From an uncultured Acidobacteriota bacterium (GTDB lineage Bacteria; Acidobacteriota; Vicinamibacteria; Vicinamibacterales; CAVVIG01): a DNA stretch of 38,668 bases. Below are positions 8,569-16,804 of this stretch, piece by piece. A model generated the notes under the pieces. It was not told where the DNA came from. It worked only from the letters and a program-made list of their open reading frames with translations, and searched no databases. A program made the translations under genes and the position numbers. The first letter of the stretch is position 1. Each line of letters begins with the position of its first letter. The DNA lies in NCBI GenBank assembly GCA_902826465.1, contig CADEEX010000003.1:1-38668 (forward strand). Reading direction: 5' to 3'.

Positions 8569-8931
8569 TCATGGCAGGGTGGCGACGTTGAAGAACGCCT
8601 GGGTCATTTCCCGACGCAGCGCCACATCGTCCACCCGTCGCACTTTCTCGACCACCTCGTCGTAGGCGTGTTTCGGGTCGTCCTGCTGCAGATCCCTCGG
8701 GCTCAAGCCAAGGGTCGTGAGGTGGCCGCCGAAATCCGACTGCAGGTCCTCGCCGTTGGCGATCAGCTGGTCGTGAAAATACTGGACCCGCGGATCGGAC
8801 GACACGACGTCAGTGGGTTCCGCCGGTTGCACGGCACCGGGAGTCGCGGGTTCGGATTGCGGAGGTGTCTCACATCCGACCATGGCAAACGCCACCAGCA
8901 ATAGTCCGGTGGCCAGAGTGACTCTCAACAT
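8569..8931 (-). CDS. Hypothetical lipoprotein
   Basis: Signal peptide MLRVTLATGLLLVAFAMVGC with a lipobox-like MVGC. No recognisable domain. Confidence 0.6.
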   Translation of the reverse strand: MLRVTLATGLLLVAFAMVGCETPPQSEPATPGAVQPAEPTDVVSSDPRVQYFHDQLIANGEDLQSDFGGHLTTLGLSPRDLQQDDPKHAYDEVVEKVRRVDDVALRREMTQAFFNVATLP

Positions 8932-9029
8932 AGCGCTGACATTTTACTGCTCGATCGTCATGGCGTTGCACCGGGCGTTGGCGACCGCTTCCCTACGGTC
9001 TCGAGGTCGCCTGGGCATCAATCCGGTGC

Positions 9030-9058
9030 TTGACGATCGTGGTGGCCGCCGATAGAGT
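9030..9058 (+). promoter_or_regulatory. Sigma70-like promoter candidate TTGACG-N17-TAGAGT upstream of beta-helix paralogue 1
   Basis: Hexamers at 9030-9035 and 9053-9058 with an exact 17-nt spacer, about 100 nt upstream of ATG 9160. Confidence 0.4.
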
Positions 9059-9159
9059 GCCGGCGCAGCAGATTGGACAGAGGTGCGCGCTGCGAACGAC
9101 AGCGGTGACGCGTCGGCTGTCGATTGACAACGGGCGTGGCGCCGCCGCCAGAGGACACC

Positions 9160-11190
9160 ATGATTCGACGGACATTGCGGGTGGCGTGCGTTGGCGTCGT
9201 GCTCATCGCGGGAGCAGGTGTGGCGCCGGGCACAGCGGCGCCAGCAGATTTCAGCGTTAGGCCCGGCGAACTGATCGTCGATCATCCGACGCTGATCAAC
9301 CTCGGCTTTGAGTGGCTGATTGACGGCGATGCCAACCGTAACGCCTCGGTGGCCGTGACGTTCCGCAAGGTCGGCGATTCCGCCTGGACGACCGCACTGC
9401 CGCTGATGCGCGTGCAGGGTGAGCGCATCGCGCAGCCGAACGTCTGGAACTTGGTGCCCCCGAACATGTTTGCGGGCAGCGTGCTCGACCTCGAACCCGG
9501 TACCGCGTACGAGGCGCGCTTCGTGCTCACCGATCCCGACGGCGTGACCGGACCGGCCGCGGACGCCACGAAGGTGGTCACGGTCAGGACCCGTCCCGAA
9601 CCGATGCCGGCCGCTGGCGGAAAGGTCTACCACGTCTATCCCCTGAGCTGGACCGGCCCGAAGGAGCAGCCCAATTTCGAAGGGATCATGTGCGCCTACA
9701 ACTACCACTGTGGTGCGGGTGACGCCTCGCCTGCCGGGCGTCCGCGTGTACGGCCCGGTGACACCGTGCTGGTGCACGCCGGTGTCTATGCCTGGCACTA
9801 CGAGTTCTATGGCAACGATCGTCGCGTCAACACGACGACGACTTATGAGGGCACCCATTACCTGACCGCCGACGGCACCGCTGAAAAGCCTATCGTCATC
9901 AGGGGCGCAGGCGACGGTGAAGTGGTGCTCGATGGTCGTGGCAACTTCAATCTGTTCAACACCAAAGCCGCCGACTACAACTATTTCGAAGACATCACCT
10001 TCCGCAACACCGGCATCGCGATCTGGGCCGGCACACAGTTCATTGCCGGGTCGAAAGGGCTGACGGTGAAACACTGTCGCTTCGAGCAGGTGGGGCTGGG
10101 TGTCTTCACCAATTACTCCGGCTCGAGCGACTTCTACATTGCCGACAGCACGTTTCTCGGCAAGAACGACTCGCAGAAGCTGATCGGCTGGAACGGCGAC
10201 TTCTGGCGGCAGTTTGCCGGCATCGAAGGGCAGACCTTTCCGCCAGTGATGGCGTCGTACACGGCCATTCGCCTCTACGGTCCTGGTCATGTCGTCGCGT
10301 TCAATTACATCGCTGACTTCCACGACGGCATCGACATCGAAACGTACGGCAATCCCGACGGGTCGAGTGCCGTTGAAGGTCCGGACTACCCGCCGCGTGA
10401 GTACTGGGATCTGCGGCCGGTTGCGATCGATTTCTACAACAACTACTTGACCAACTTTCACGACAACGCCTTCGAGATCGACGGCGGATTGCACAACATC
10501 CGGGTGATGCGGAATGTGATGATGAACTCGGCGTCGCACCCGATGTGCAATCAGCCCGTGGGTGGCGGGCCGGCCTACTGGATCCGTAACGTCGTCTATC
10601 ATGCGCCGGGCGGCTCGAGCCGACTGACGAGCGGCTCTGCCGGTGTGGTGTTCTACAACAACACGATCGTCACCGAGACCGCTGCTGGATCGGCGGCGAA
10701 TGTGCACTGGCGCAACAACCTGATGCTTGGCGAGAACGCGGCGCCGGCGATCTTCAACGTCACCACCAACACCGCCTACAGTTCATCCGACTACAACGGC
10801 TTTCGTCCCAACCCAGGCGCGGCGTCGTCGTTCGTGTGGAATTCGCCCGCGCCTCCGACGCTGGTGGGTGATGGCACGCGAGAATCGCTGCAGCTACGGC
10901 AGTTTCCGACGCTCGCCGCCTACTCCACCGCCACTGGACAGGATCAGCACAGTGTCAGCGTCGACTACGACATTTTCGTCAACGTGCCCAAGCTCGACGC
11001 GAAGGACCTGCGCACCGTTCAGCGGCTCCACGACTTCAGGACGCTCGATTTCCGTCTGAAGCCGCAAGCGTCGGCGATCGACAAGGGCCTCGCGCTGCCG
11101 GGCATCACCGATGGCTTCACCGGGCGCGCGCCCGATCTCGGCGCATTCGAGCTGGGACAGCCGTTGCCCACCTATGGACCCCGGCGCTAG
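9160..11190 (+). CDS. Secreted FN3-like + right-handed parallel beta-helix repeat protein (paralogue 1); polysaccharide lyase/hydrolase-like, family not identified
   Basis: Signal peptide MIRRTLRVACVGVVLIAGAGVAPGTAAPA after GAGGA. The N-terminal beta-sandwich-like segment is followed by repeated short N/D/G-rich turns (DFHDGIDIE, FHDNAFEIDG, IRVMRNVMMNSASH, VFYNNT). Aligns end to end with 18597..20645 and 22513..24567. Confidence 0.85.
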   Translation: MIRRTLRVACVGVVLIAGAGVAPGTAAPADFSVRPGELIVDHPTLINLGFEWLIDGDANRNASVAVTFRKVGDSAWTTALPLMRVQGERIAQPNVWNLVPPNMFAGSVLDLEPGTAYEARFVLTDPDGVTGPAADATKVVTVRTRPEPMPAAGGKVYHVYPLSWTGPKEQPNFEGIMCAYNYHCGAGDASPAGRPRVRPGDTVLVHAGVYAWHYEFYGNDRRVNTTTTYEGTHYLTADGTAEKPIVIRGAGDGEVVLDGRGNFNLFNTKAADYNYFEDITFRNTGIAIWAGTQFIAGSKGLTVKHCRFEQVGLGVFTNYSGSSDFYIADSTFLGKNDSQKLIGWNGDFWRQFAGIEGQTFPPVMASYTAIRLYGPGHVVAFNYIADFHDGIDIETYGNPDGSSAVEGPDYPPREYWDLRPVAIDFYNNYLTNFHDNAFEIDGGLHNIRVMRNVMMNSASHPMCNQPVGGGPAYWIRNVVYHAPGGSSRLTSGSAGVVFYNNTIVTETAAGSAANVHWRNNLMLGENAAPAIFNVTTNTAYSSSDYNGFRPNPGAASSFVWNSPAPPTLVGDGTRESLQLRQFPTLAAYSTATGQDQHSVSVDYDIFVNVPKLDAKDLRTVQRLHDFRTLDFRLKPQASAIDKGLALPGITDGFTGRAPDLGAFELGQPLPTYGPRR

Positions 11191-11297
11191 CGATCGACTT
11201 GAGCCGCGTGTCGAAGGAATCGACCATGCGTTATGTGAGAGAGCACAGCGTCGATCTGGCGACCGCCGAACGAGCCTAGCGGCTCTGGAGTTCCTGC

Positions 11298-12560
11298 ATG
11301 AAGCTGTCACGTCGCGAGTGGATGACGCGGTTCCTGGCCTCGGCTGCCGGCGCGTCGCTGGCCCCCCTGTTCTCGCCAGAAGGTCTGCTCGCGCAGGCGC
11401 GCGAGAAGGCCAGGCCGCTCAATCTGACGATCACCGGTCTGAAGACATTCCTCGTCGCACCCACCGTCTCCCCGGGTGCTGGCATCTTCGTGAAGGTGTA
11501 CACGAATCAAGGGCTGGTCGGCCTGGGCCTGGCGACGCAGAGCAGCAAGGAGATGTCCACCGCTGCCGCAATCAACGAGTTCACGCCGGTGCTGATTGGT
11601 CGCGATCCGACGCAGATCGAGGCGATCTGGGAAGACCTCTACGAAGGGCCGCGGTGGCGTGGCGGTCCGCTGACCGCGGCGTTGAGCGCGGTCGACATTG
11701 CGCTGTGGGACATCCTGGGGCAGGCGCTCGGTCAGCCGATCTACAAGCTGCTCGGTGGGCCGATCCACGACAGGATTCGCGTCTACGGCGGCACTGGCGG
11801 CGTCACACCTGAATCGTGGGCGAAGACCAAGGCCGACGGGTATACCGCGAGCCGTGTGCAGTGGCCGCGCGGCTCGATCACCGAGATGATTGCGTACACC
11901 AAGGCCATGCGTCTGGCGGCGGGGCCCAAGCATGAGATCGCGATTCACGGTGCTGGACGGCTGCCGACGTCTGATGCGCTGCAGTACCTGCGCGGCGTCG
12001 AGGAGTGCAATCTGCTCTTCGTCGAAGAGCCGATTCAGATGGACGACATCGAAGACTGGGTGCACCTGCGGGCGCATACGACGACGCCGATCGCGACCGG
12101 CGAACGGCTCACCACCAAGTTTGCCTTCAATCCGTATCTGTCCAGGCACCTGATCGATTTCGCGCAGCCTGATCTCTGTGCCTGTGGTGGCATTACCGAA
12201 GCGCGGAAGATTGCGGCCATCGCCGAAGCGAACCGTATCCGCATGGCGCCGCATGGCCCGCACGGGCCGGCGGGCGCGCTCGCCAATTTCCACTTCGACG
12301 CGGCGACGCCGAACTTCTACGTGCAGGAAACGCGTGTCTATACCGGGCAGTTCGACCTGGACCTGCACGAGGGCATGGTGCCCGTCATCAAGAACGGATT
12401 CTGTGAGCTTCCCGATCGGCCGGGGCTTGGTACCGTGCTCAACGAGAAGGTGGCCGCCACTCGGCCGTATCAGCCGATCAACCGTGGACGTGGCATCGGC
12501 CTGAGCACGGGCGTCAGCGCGCACGACGAGGACGCGGCCCGCGCCGCTAACCCGCAGTAG
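11298..12560 (+). CDS. Enolase-superfamily (galactonate/mannonate dehydratase-like, MR/MLE) protein with a Tat-type signal peptide
   Basis: MKLSRREWMTRFLASAAGASLAPL... (SRRxW/F twin-arginine motif). Enolase-superfamily landmarks LLFVEEP, IATGER, DFAQPDLCACGGIT and MAPHGP are present. Confidence 0.85.
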   Translation: MKLSRREWMTRFLASAAGASLAPLFSPEGLLAQAREKARPLNLTITGLKTFLVAPTVSPGAGIFVKVYTNQGLVGLGLATQSSKEMSTAAAINEFTPVLIGRDPTQIEAIWEDLYEGPRWRGGPLTAALSAVDIALWDILGQALGQPIYKLLGGPIHDRIRVYGGTGGVTPESWAKTKADGYTASRVQWPRGSITEMIAYTKAMRLAAGPKHEIAIHGAGRLPTSDALQYLRGVEECNLLFVEEPIQMDDIEDWVHLRAHTTTPIATGERLTTKFAFNPYLSRHLIDFAQPDLCACGGITEARKIAAIAEANRIRMAPHGPHGPAGALANFHFDAATPNFYVQETRVYTGQFDLDLHEGMVPVIKNGFCELPDRPGLGTVLNEKVAATRPYQPINRGRGIGLSTGVSAHDEDAARAANPQ

Positions 12561-12589
12561 CGACGTTCGCATCCGTTACACTGGCGCCG

Positions 12590-14857
12590 GTGCGCGCGAC
12601 CGACACCCTGACCTATTCGCCCCCGCGCAATCCGGCCCCGGCCGATCTGGCCGAACTGTCGGCGTTGGCCCGTCACGTCAAGGCGGGACGCTGCGCACTG
12701 TTTGTCGGGGCAGGGCTCTCAGCGCCTGCAGGGCTGCCGACGTGGGGTGCGTTGATGCAGCAACTGATCGATCGCGCCACACCGTGGGCGGTCGATCCCG
12801 CACTCTTTTCGACACCGATCGACTTCGAATCTCCCGTGCGATCGGCACTCAAGGAGCCGCGCGTGGCGGCGGTGCGTCGAGCGCTGGGTGACGCGTCGTT
12901 TCGTCGCTTGTGCGATGGCGTCCGCCGTGTTCGCGGCGGTTCGTTCGATCTGCAGGAGCTGCTGCACGTGCTCGACACCGTGTATCAGGACTCGGCCGAC
13001 CGCGCGGAGCTGGCAAGACTCACGACGCAGCGCCGTTACACCGAGCTGGCCGAACATTGCCGCACGCGGCTCGGCCGTGAGCGTTTTCACGCCATCGTTC
13101 GAGAGGCGCTCACGACGACGGCGGAATTGCCCTCGACGCATGTCGACATCGTCCGCACCCCGTATTCGTGCGTGGTGACGACGAACTTCGACACGCTGCT
13201 GGAGGACGCGTACGCCAGGTACGCCGGCTTCGTACCGAGAACGCCGACCGGCGCCGAGCTGGGGCAGCAGGGAACGCTGTTGCTGGACGAGGCGTTCTTC
13301 ATCCTGAAGGCGCATGGCGACGCCGCCCGGCCAGAGACGATGGTGTTCACAGCCGACGACTACCGCCGGATCATTCACGCCACGCCGGCGTTTCAGGCGG
13401 TGCTCGGCGGCATTCTGCTGACGCACGCGGTGCTCTTTGTCGGCTACTCGCTGAACGACGTCAATTTCCGGCTGCTCCTCGACAATCAGCTCACGGTCTT
13501 CAACGGACATGTGCCGCCGCGCTATGCGTTGCTCAGCGGCGTCGGGCCGGCCGAAGCGGATTTGCTGTGGCAGACCGCCAAGCTGCAGGTGCTGTCGTAC
13601 CCCGACGGGCAGCACGATGCCGTCGGGAGATTTCTGGGCAGGCTTGCAGAAGAATCGGCACCGCGATCGCTGCTGGCAACGAAGCGCGTGCGCACGGATC
13701 GGTCGAGCCGTGTCGCGACACTGCGCATCGACAGCGATGGCAGCCGCGTGATCTACGAACTGACCGATGCGGATGGCGGCAAACCGTGGATCGGATCCGG
13801 ACGTCATCCGGATACGCACGCGATCGGCACCTGGCTACGGAACGCCGATCAGCAAGCGGGACGCGGACACTCGCCGCGGGCGCTGGTCCAGCGTATAGGA
13901 AAGGCGCTGGCGGCGTCACTGCCAGACGACCTGCAGCGCCGCTTGAGCCATCTGCCGGCCGGACAGACGCTGGAACTCGCCTGCTCGACGCAGGCGACGC
14001 GGATTCCGTGGGAATGGCTCGATGCCGGCGGGCAGGAGCTGGCGATGAAGCGTCCGTGCGTGCGACGGCCCGTCGGTGTCAGCCACCAGGCCCGTGGTCG
14101 CCGTCAGCCGGGGGCGCCACTGCGGGCGCTCGTGCTGGGCGATGCCGGCGACGCTGCGGAAGGCCAGGGGATGCCACAGTTGTTCTACGCCGATCTCGAG
14201 GCGAGGGTCATTGCGCGGTTGCTCGAGACGCGGGTGGGGGCCACAGTCACCTGCCTGTCGAGGGAACAGGCGGTGCACGCACGGGTGATGGACGAGATCG
14301 AGCGCGGCCAGTACGACATCATCCATTTCGCGGGCCACGCGTGGTTCGATGATCGCGAAGCCTACTTCTATACCTGGGACCGCATCATTCTCGGCTCGGA
14401 ACTGGCGCCGCTGCTGACGCGCAGTCCACCGGCGCTGCTGGTGCTCGATACGCACTACACCGCGTTTGTGATCAGCGAAGTGGACGCGCGCACGCGCGAT
14501 CTGGTGGGGACACCGACGAGCGAACGCTTGTATCACGCCGAGGGGCCGCGCGGCTTTGCCGATGCTGCGATGCGCTGCGGTGTGTCGTCGTTTGTCGGTG
14601 CGTTCGGCACCGTCACCGATCTGCCCGCCGCCGAATTGATGGTCGATTTCTACGAACGCCTGTTGAAAGGGCGCACCGTCGCCGAGGCGCTGCTCGACGC
14701 GCGCCAGATGAAGAATCCACTGGCCGCGGATTCCGGTCTGTTCTATACCGCGGTGGGTTACCCGGATTTCGGCCTCACGCGCCACCGACACAAGGCCCGC
14801 CACCCGCTCCCGTCGGTCGCGTCGCTCAAGCGCGACGTCGGCTGGCCGGCGGCATGA
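12590..14857 (+). CDS. SIR2-like (SIR2_2 defence-type NADase fold) domain fused to a C-terminal CHAT (caspase-fold) domain
   Basis: N-terminal motifs in order: CALFVGAGLSAPAGLPTW, VVTTNFDTLLE (Asn199), FFILKAHGD (His242), FTADDYRR, LFVGYSLNDVNFRLLL. C-terminal motifs: RIPWEWL, DIIHFAGHA, ALLVLDTHY, GVSSFVGAFGTVTD, FYERLLKGRTVAEALLDAR. The GTG start at 12590 is uncertain (a TTG near 12665 is possible). Starts 29 nt after the enolase-like gene. Confidence 0.8.
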   Translation: MRATDTLTYSPPRNPAPADLAELSALARHVKAGRCALFVGAGLSAPAGLPTWGALMQQLIDRATPWAVDPALFSTPIDFESPVRSALKEPRVAAVRRALGDASFRRLCDGVRRVRGGSFDLQELLHVLDTVYQDSADRAELARLTTQRRYTELAEHCRTRLGRERFHAIVREALTTTAELPSTHVDIVRTPYSCVVTTNFDTLLEDAYARYAGFVPRTPTGAELGQQGTLLLDEAFFILKAHGDAARPETMVFTADDYRRIIHATPAFQAVLGGILLTHAVLFVGYSLNDVNFRLLLDNQLTVFNGHVPPRYALLSGVGPAEADLLWQTAKLQVLSYPDGQHDAVGRFLGRLAEESAPRSLLATKRVRTDRSSRVATLRIDSDGSRVIYELTDADGGKPWIGSGRHPDTHAIGTWLRNADQQAGRGHSPRALVQRIGKALAASLPDDLQRRLSHLPAGQTLELACSTQATRIPWEWLDAGGQELAMKRPCVRRPVGVSHQARGRRQPGAPLRALVLGDAGDAAEGQGMPQLFYADLEARVIARLLETRVGATVTCLSREQAVHARVMDEIERGQYDIIHFAGHAWFDDREAYFYTWDRIILGSELAPLLTRSPPALLVLDTHYTAFVISEVDARTRDLVGTPTSERLYHAEGPRGFADAAMRCGVSSFVGAFGTVTDLPAAELMVDFYERLLKGRTVAEALLDARQMKNPLAADSGLFYTAVGYPDFGLTRHRHKARHPLPSVASLKRDVGWPAA

Positions 14858-15276
14858 ACTGGACCTCCATGGAACCCATTTCGATCAGTTACCTGGCCGT
14901 GCTGGTGGCGGTGATCATCCGCATGATGCTCGGCGCCCTCTGGTACTCGCCGCTGCTCTTCGTTCGTCGATGGCAGGCGCTGACCGGCGTGTCCAATGCG
15001 ACGCTGGGCGCCCGCCTTGGTCGTGGCATCGCGGTCGACGCCATCACGTCGCTGATCATGGCTTTTGCGCTCGCCAACATCATCGGCGCCTCGCGCATCA
15101 ACGACTGGGCCAACGGCGCGGGTGCCGGCTTCTGGGTCTGTCTGGGATTCATCGCGACGACCGCGGCACCGCTCTGGGCGTACGAAGATAGGCCGCCGGC
15201 GCTGCTGGCGATCAACGTTGGCTATAACTTCGTGGCGCTCCCGATGATGGGCGCTTTGCTCGCCGTGTGGCGCTAG
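14854..15276 (+). CDS. DUF1761-like small integral membrane protein (about 4 TM segments)
   Basis: Hydrophobic 140-aa protein with YLAVLVAVIIRMMLGALWYSP near the N-terminus, typical of DUF1761. The ATG overlaps the SIR2-CHAT stop (ATGA). Confidence 0.6.
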   Translation: MNWTSMEPISISYLAVLVAVIIRMMLGALWYSPLLFVRRWQALTGVSNATLGARLGRGIAVDAITSLIMAFALANIIGASRINDWANGAGAGFWVCLGFIATTAAPLWAYEDRPPALLAINVGYNFVALPMMGALLAVWR

Positions 15277-15279
15277 TGG

Positions 15280-15777
15280 TCAGATCCGCAGCACGTCGCT
15301 GCGGCCCGGCATCGTGTCGGCCGCCTTGCAGGGACCGAGCACGATCGCGATCACGATCGCGCGACGCAGTTCCTCCGGTGACCCGATCGCCGAGCGCCGT
15401 CGTCGCAAAGGTCGGGTCGGGCGAGAGGCGCCACTCGCCAGCGGCGGAACACTGGCGCGCGCGCCGATTTCGTCTCCCAGGACTTCCAGCGATTTCCCTT
15501 CGAGGGTGATCGGGAGCTGTGCGCCGAGGCGAGGAGCCGGCACCGGTTCCGGCGGTATCGTCGGCGTGGCTGGCGGAAGTGCCGCCGTCTGTACAGACGG
15601 ATCTCTCCGTCTGGGCGCGGGTGACCGCTGGGTCGCTCCTGGTGCTCTCCCAATCGGCCGTGGCACCGGAGGCCGGCGTTTCTCCGGCGTACCGGCTTCC
15701 CGCGCTCGCCGGACCACGAACTCCAGCAACGGCACCACCACCAGGAACGCGATGAACAGCAGCTGCTCAAGCGACAT
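15280..15777 (-). CDS. Hypothetical N-terminally membrane-anchored Pro/Arg-rich protein; third gene of the nfeD-floA operon
   Basis: TM segment LLFIAFLVVVPLLEFVV followed by a low-complexity P/R-rich region. Lies 35 nt downstream of floA on the same strand. Confidence 0.5.
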   Translation of the reverse strand: MSLEQLLFIAFLVVVPLLEFVVRRAREAGTPEKRRPPVPRPIGRAPGATQRSPAPRRRDPSVQTAALPPATPTIPPEPVPAPRLGAQLPITLEGKSLEVLGDEIGARASVPPLASGASRPTRPLRRRRSAIGSPEELRRAIVIAIVLGPCKAADTMPGRSDVLRI

Positions 15778-15812
15778 CGGTGGCCCCCCGTTCCCTGCCT
15801 TTCATCGTCTGC

Positions 15813-16799
15813 TCAGCGTCCCATCGGTTTCGGGCCCTGGTCTTCGCCCCGGTCGGCAATCGATTCGCGCATCGACGAATCGGCCTGGATGTTCTGCATC
15901 CGGTAGTAGTCCATGACGCCGAGCGTCCCATTGCGGAACGCTTCGGCCATGGCGCGGGGCACTTCCGCTTCGGCCTCGACGACGCGGGCGCGCATCTCCT
16001 GTTCGTGCGCGACCGCCATCGCGCGTCGCTCTTCGGCCTTGGCCTGGGCAATCTGCTTGTCAGCGTTGGCCTGATCGATCTGCAGCTTGGCGCCAATGTT
16101 CTCGCCGACGTCGACGTCGGCAATGTCGATCGACAGAATCTCGTAGGCCGTGCCGGCATCGAGGCCGCGCGCCAGGATGTTCTTCGAGATGTGGTCGGGA
16201 TTCTCGAGCACGTCCTTGTGCGACGCCGCAGAGCCGATGGTGCTGACCATGCCTTCGCCGACGCGCGCAATGATCGTTTCCTCGCCGGCGCCGCCGACGA
16301 GGCGATCGAGGTTGGTACGCACCGTGACGCGCGAGACGGCAATCAGCTGAATACCGTCTTTGGCCACCGCGGCGATGCGCGACGTTTCGATCACCTTCGG
16401 GATCACCGACATCTTGACGGCTTCGAGCACGTCGCGACCAGCGAGGTCGATCGCCGCCGCCCGCTTGAACGGCATCTGGATATTCGCCTTGTCGGCAGAG
16501 ATGAGCGCGTTCACGACCCGCACGACGTTGCCGCCGGCAAGATAGTGGGCTTCAAGATCGTTGATCGAAATCCCCTCCAGTCCAGCCTTGACGGAGCTGA
16601 TGCGGGCGTTGACGATGGTGGCCGGCGGTACGCGGCGCAAGCGCATACCGACAAGGGTCAACAGTCCGACGTAGGCGCCCGACGACCACGCGGCAATCCA
16701 CAGCGGTACCGGTACGAAGTACAGGACGAACATGAGGAGCAGCACGGCCACGACGAGCAGGCCGAGCGCGCCAAACGCCGCCGGATCGAATTCATTCAT
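15813..16799 (-). CDS. floA: Flotillin-like protein FloA (UPF0365/YqfA family)
   Basis: N-terminal hairpin TM followed by [39 protein letters not shown]..., characteristic of FloA. Follows nfeD after a 5-nt gap. Confidence 0.9.
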   Translation of the reverse strand: MNEFDPAAFGALGLLVVAVLLLMFVLYFVPVPLWIAAWSSGAYVGLLTLVGMRLRRVPPATIVNARISSVKAGLEGISINDLEAHYLAGGNVVRVVNALISADKANIQMPFKRAAAIDLAGRDVLEAVKMSVIPKVIETSRIAAVAKDGIQLIAVSRVTVRTNLDRLVGGAGEETIIARVGEGMVSTIGSAASHKDVLENPDHISKNILARGLDAGTAYEILSIDIADVDVGENIGAKLQIDQANADKQIAQAKAEERRAMAVAHEQEMRARVVEAEAEVPRAMAEAFRNGTLGVMDYYRMQNIQADSSMRESIADRGEDQGPKPMGR

Positions 16800-16804
16800 G
16801 ATGG

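Noticed and set aside
8944-10707. Long antisense or alternate-frame ORFs opposite real genes. Examples: 1929-2945(-), 4192-5250(-), 7390-8520(+), 8944-10707(-), 11307-12572(-), 12719-13819(-), 13168-14352(+), 15780-16823(+), 16820-18127(+), 19473-20399(+), 21650-22408(+), 22708-23532(-), 25856-27025(+), 29733-30614(+), 32110-33489(+), 34951-36288(-), 36442-37389(-)
   Set aside because: These are high-GC shadow ORFs. Their products are Arg/Gly/Pro/Ala-rich low-complexity strings with no motifs, and each overlaps a CDS with clear family signatures on the other strand or frame.
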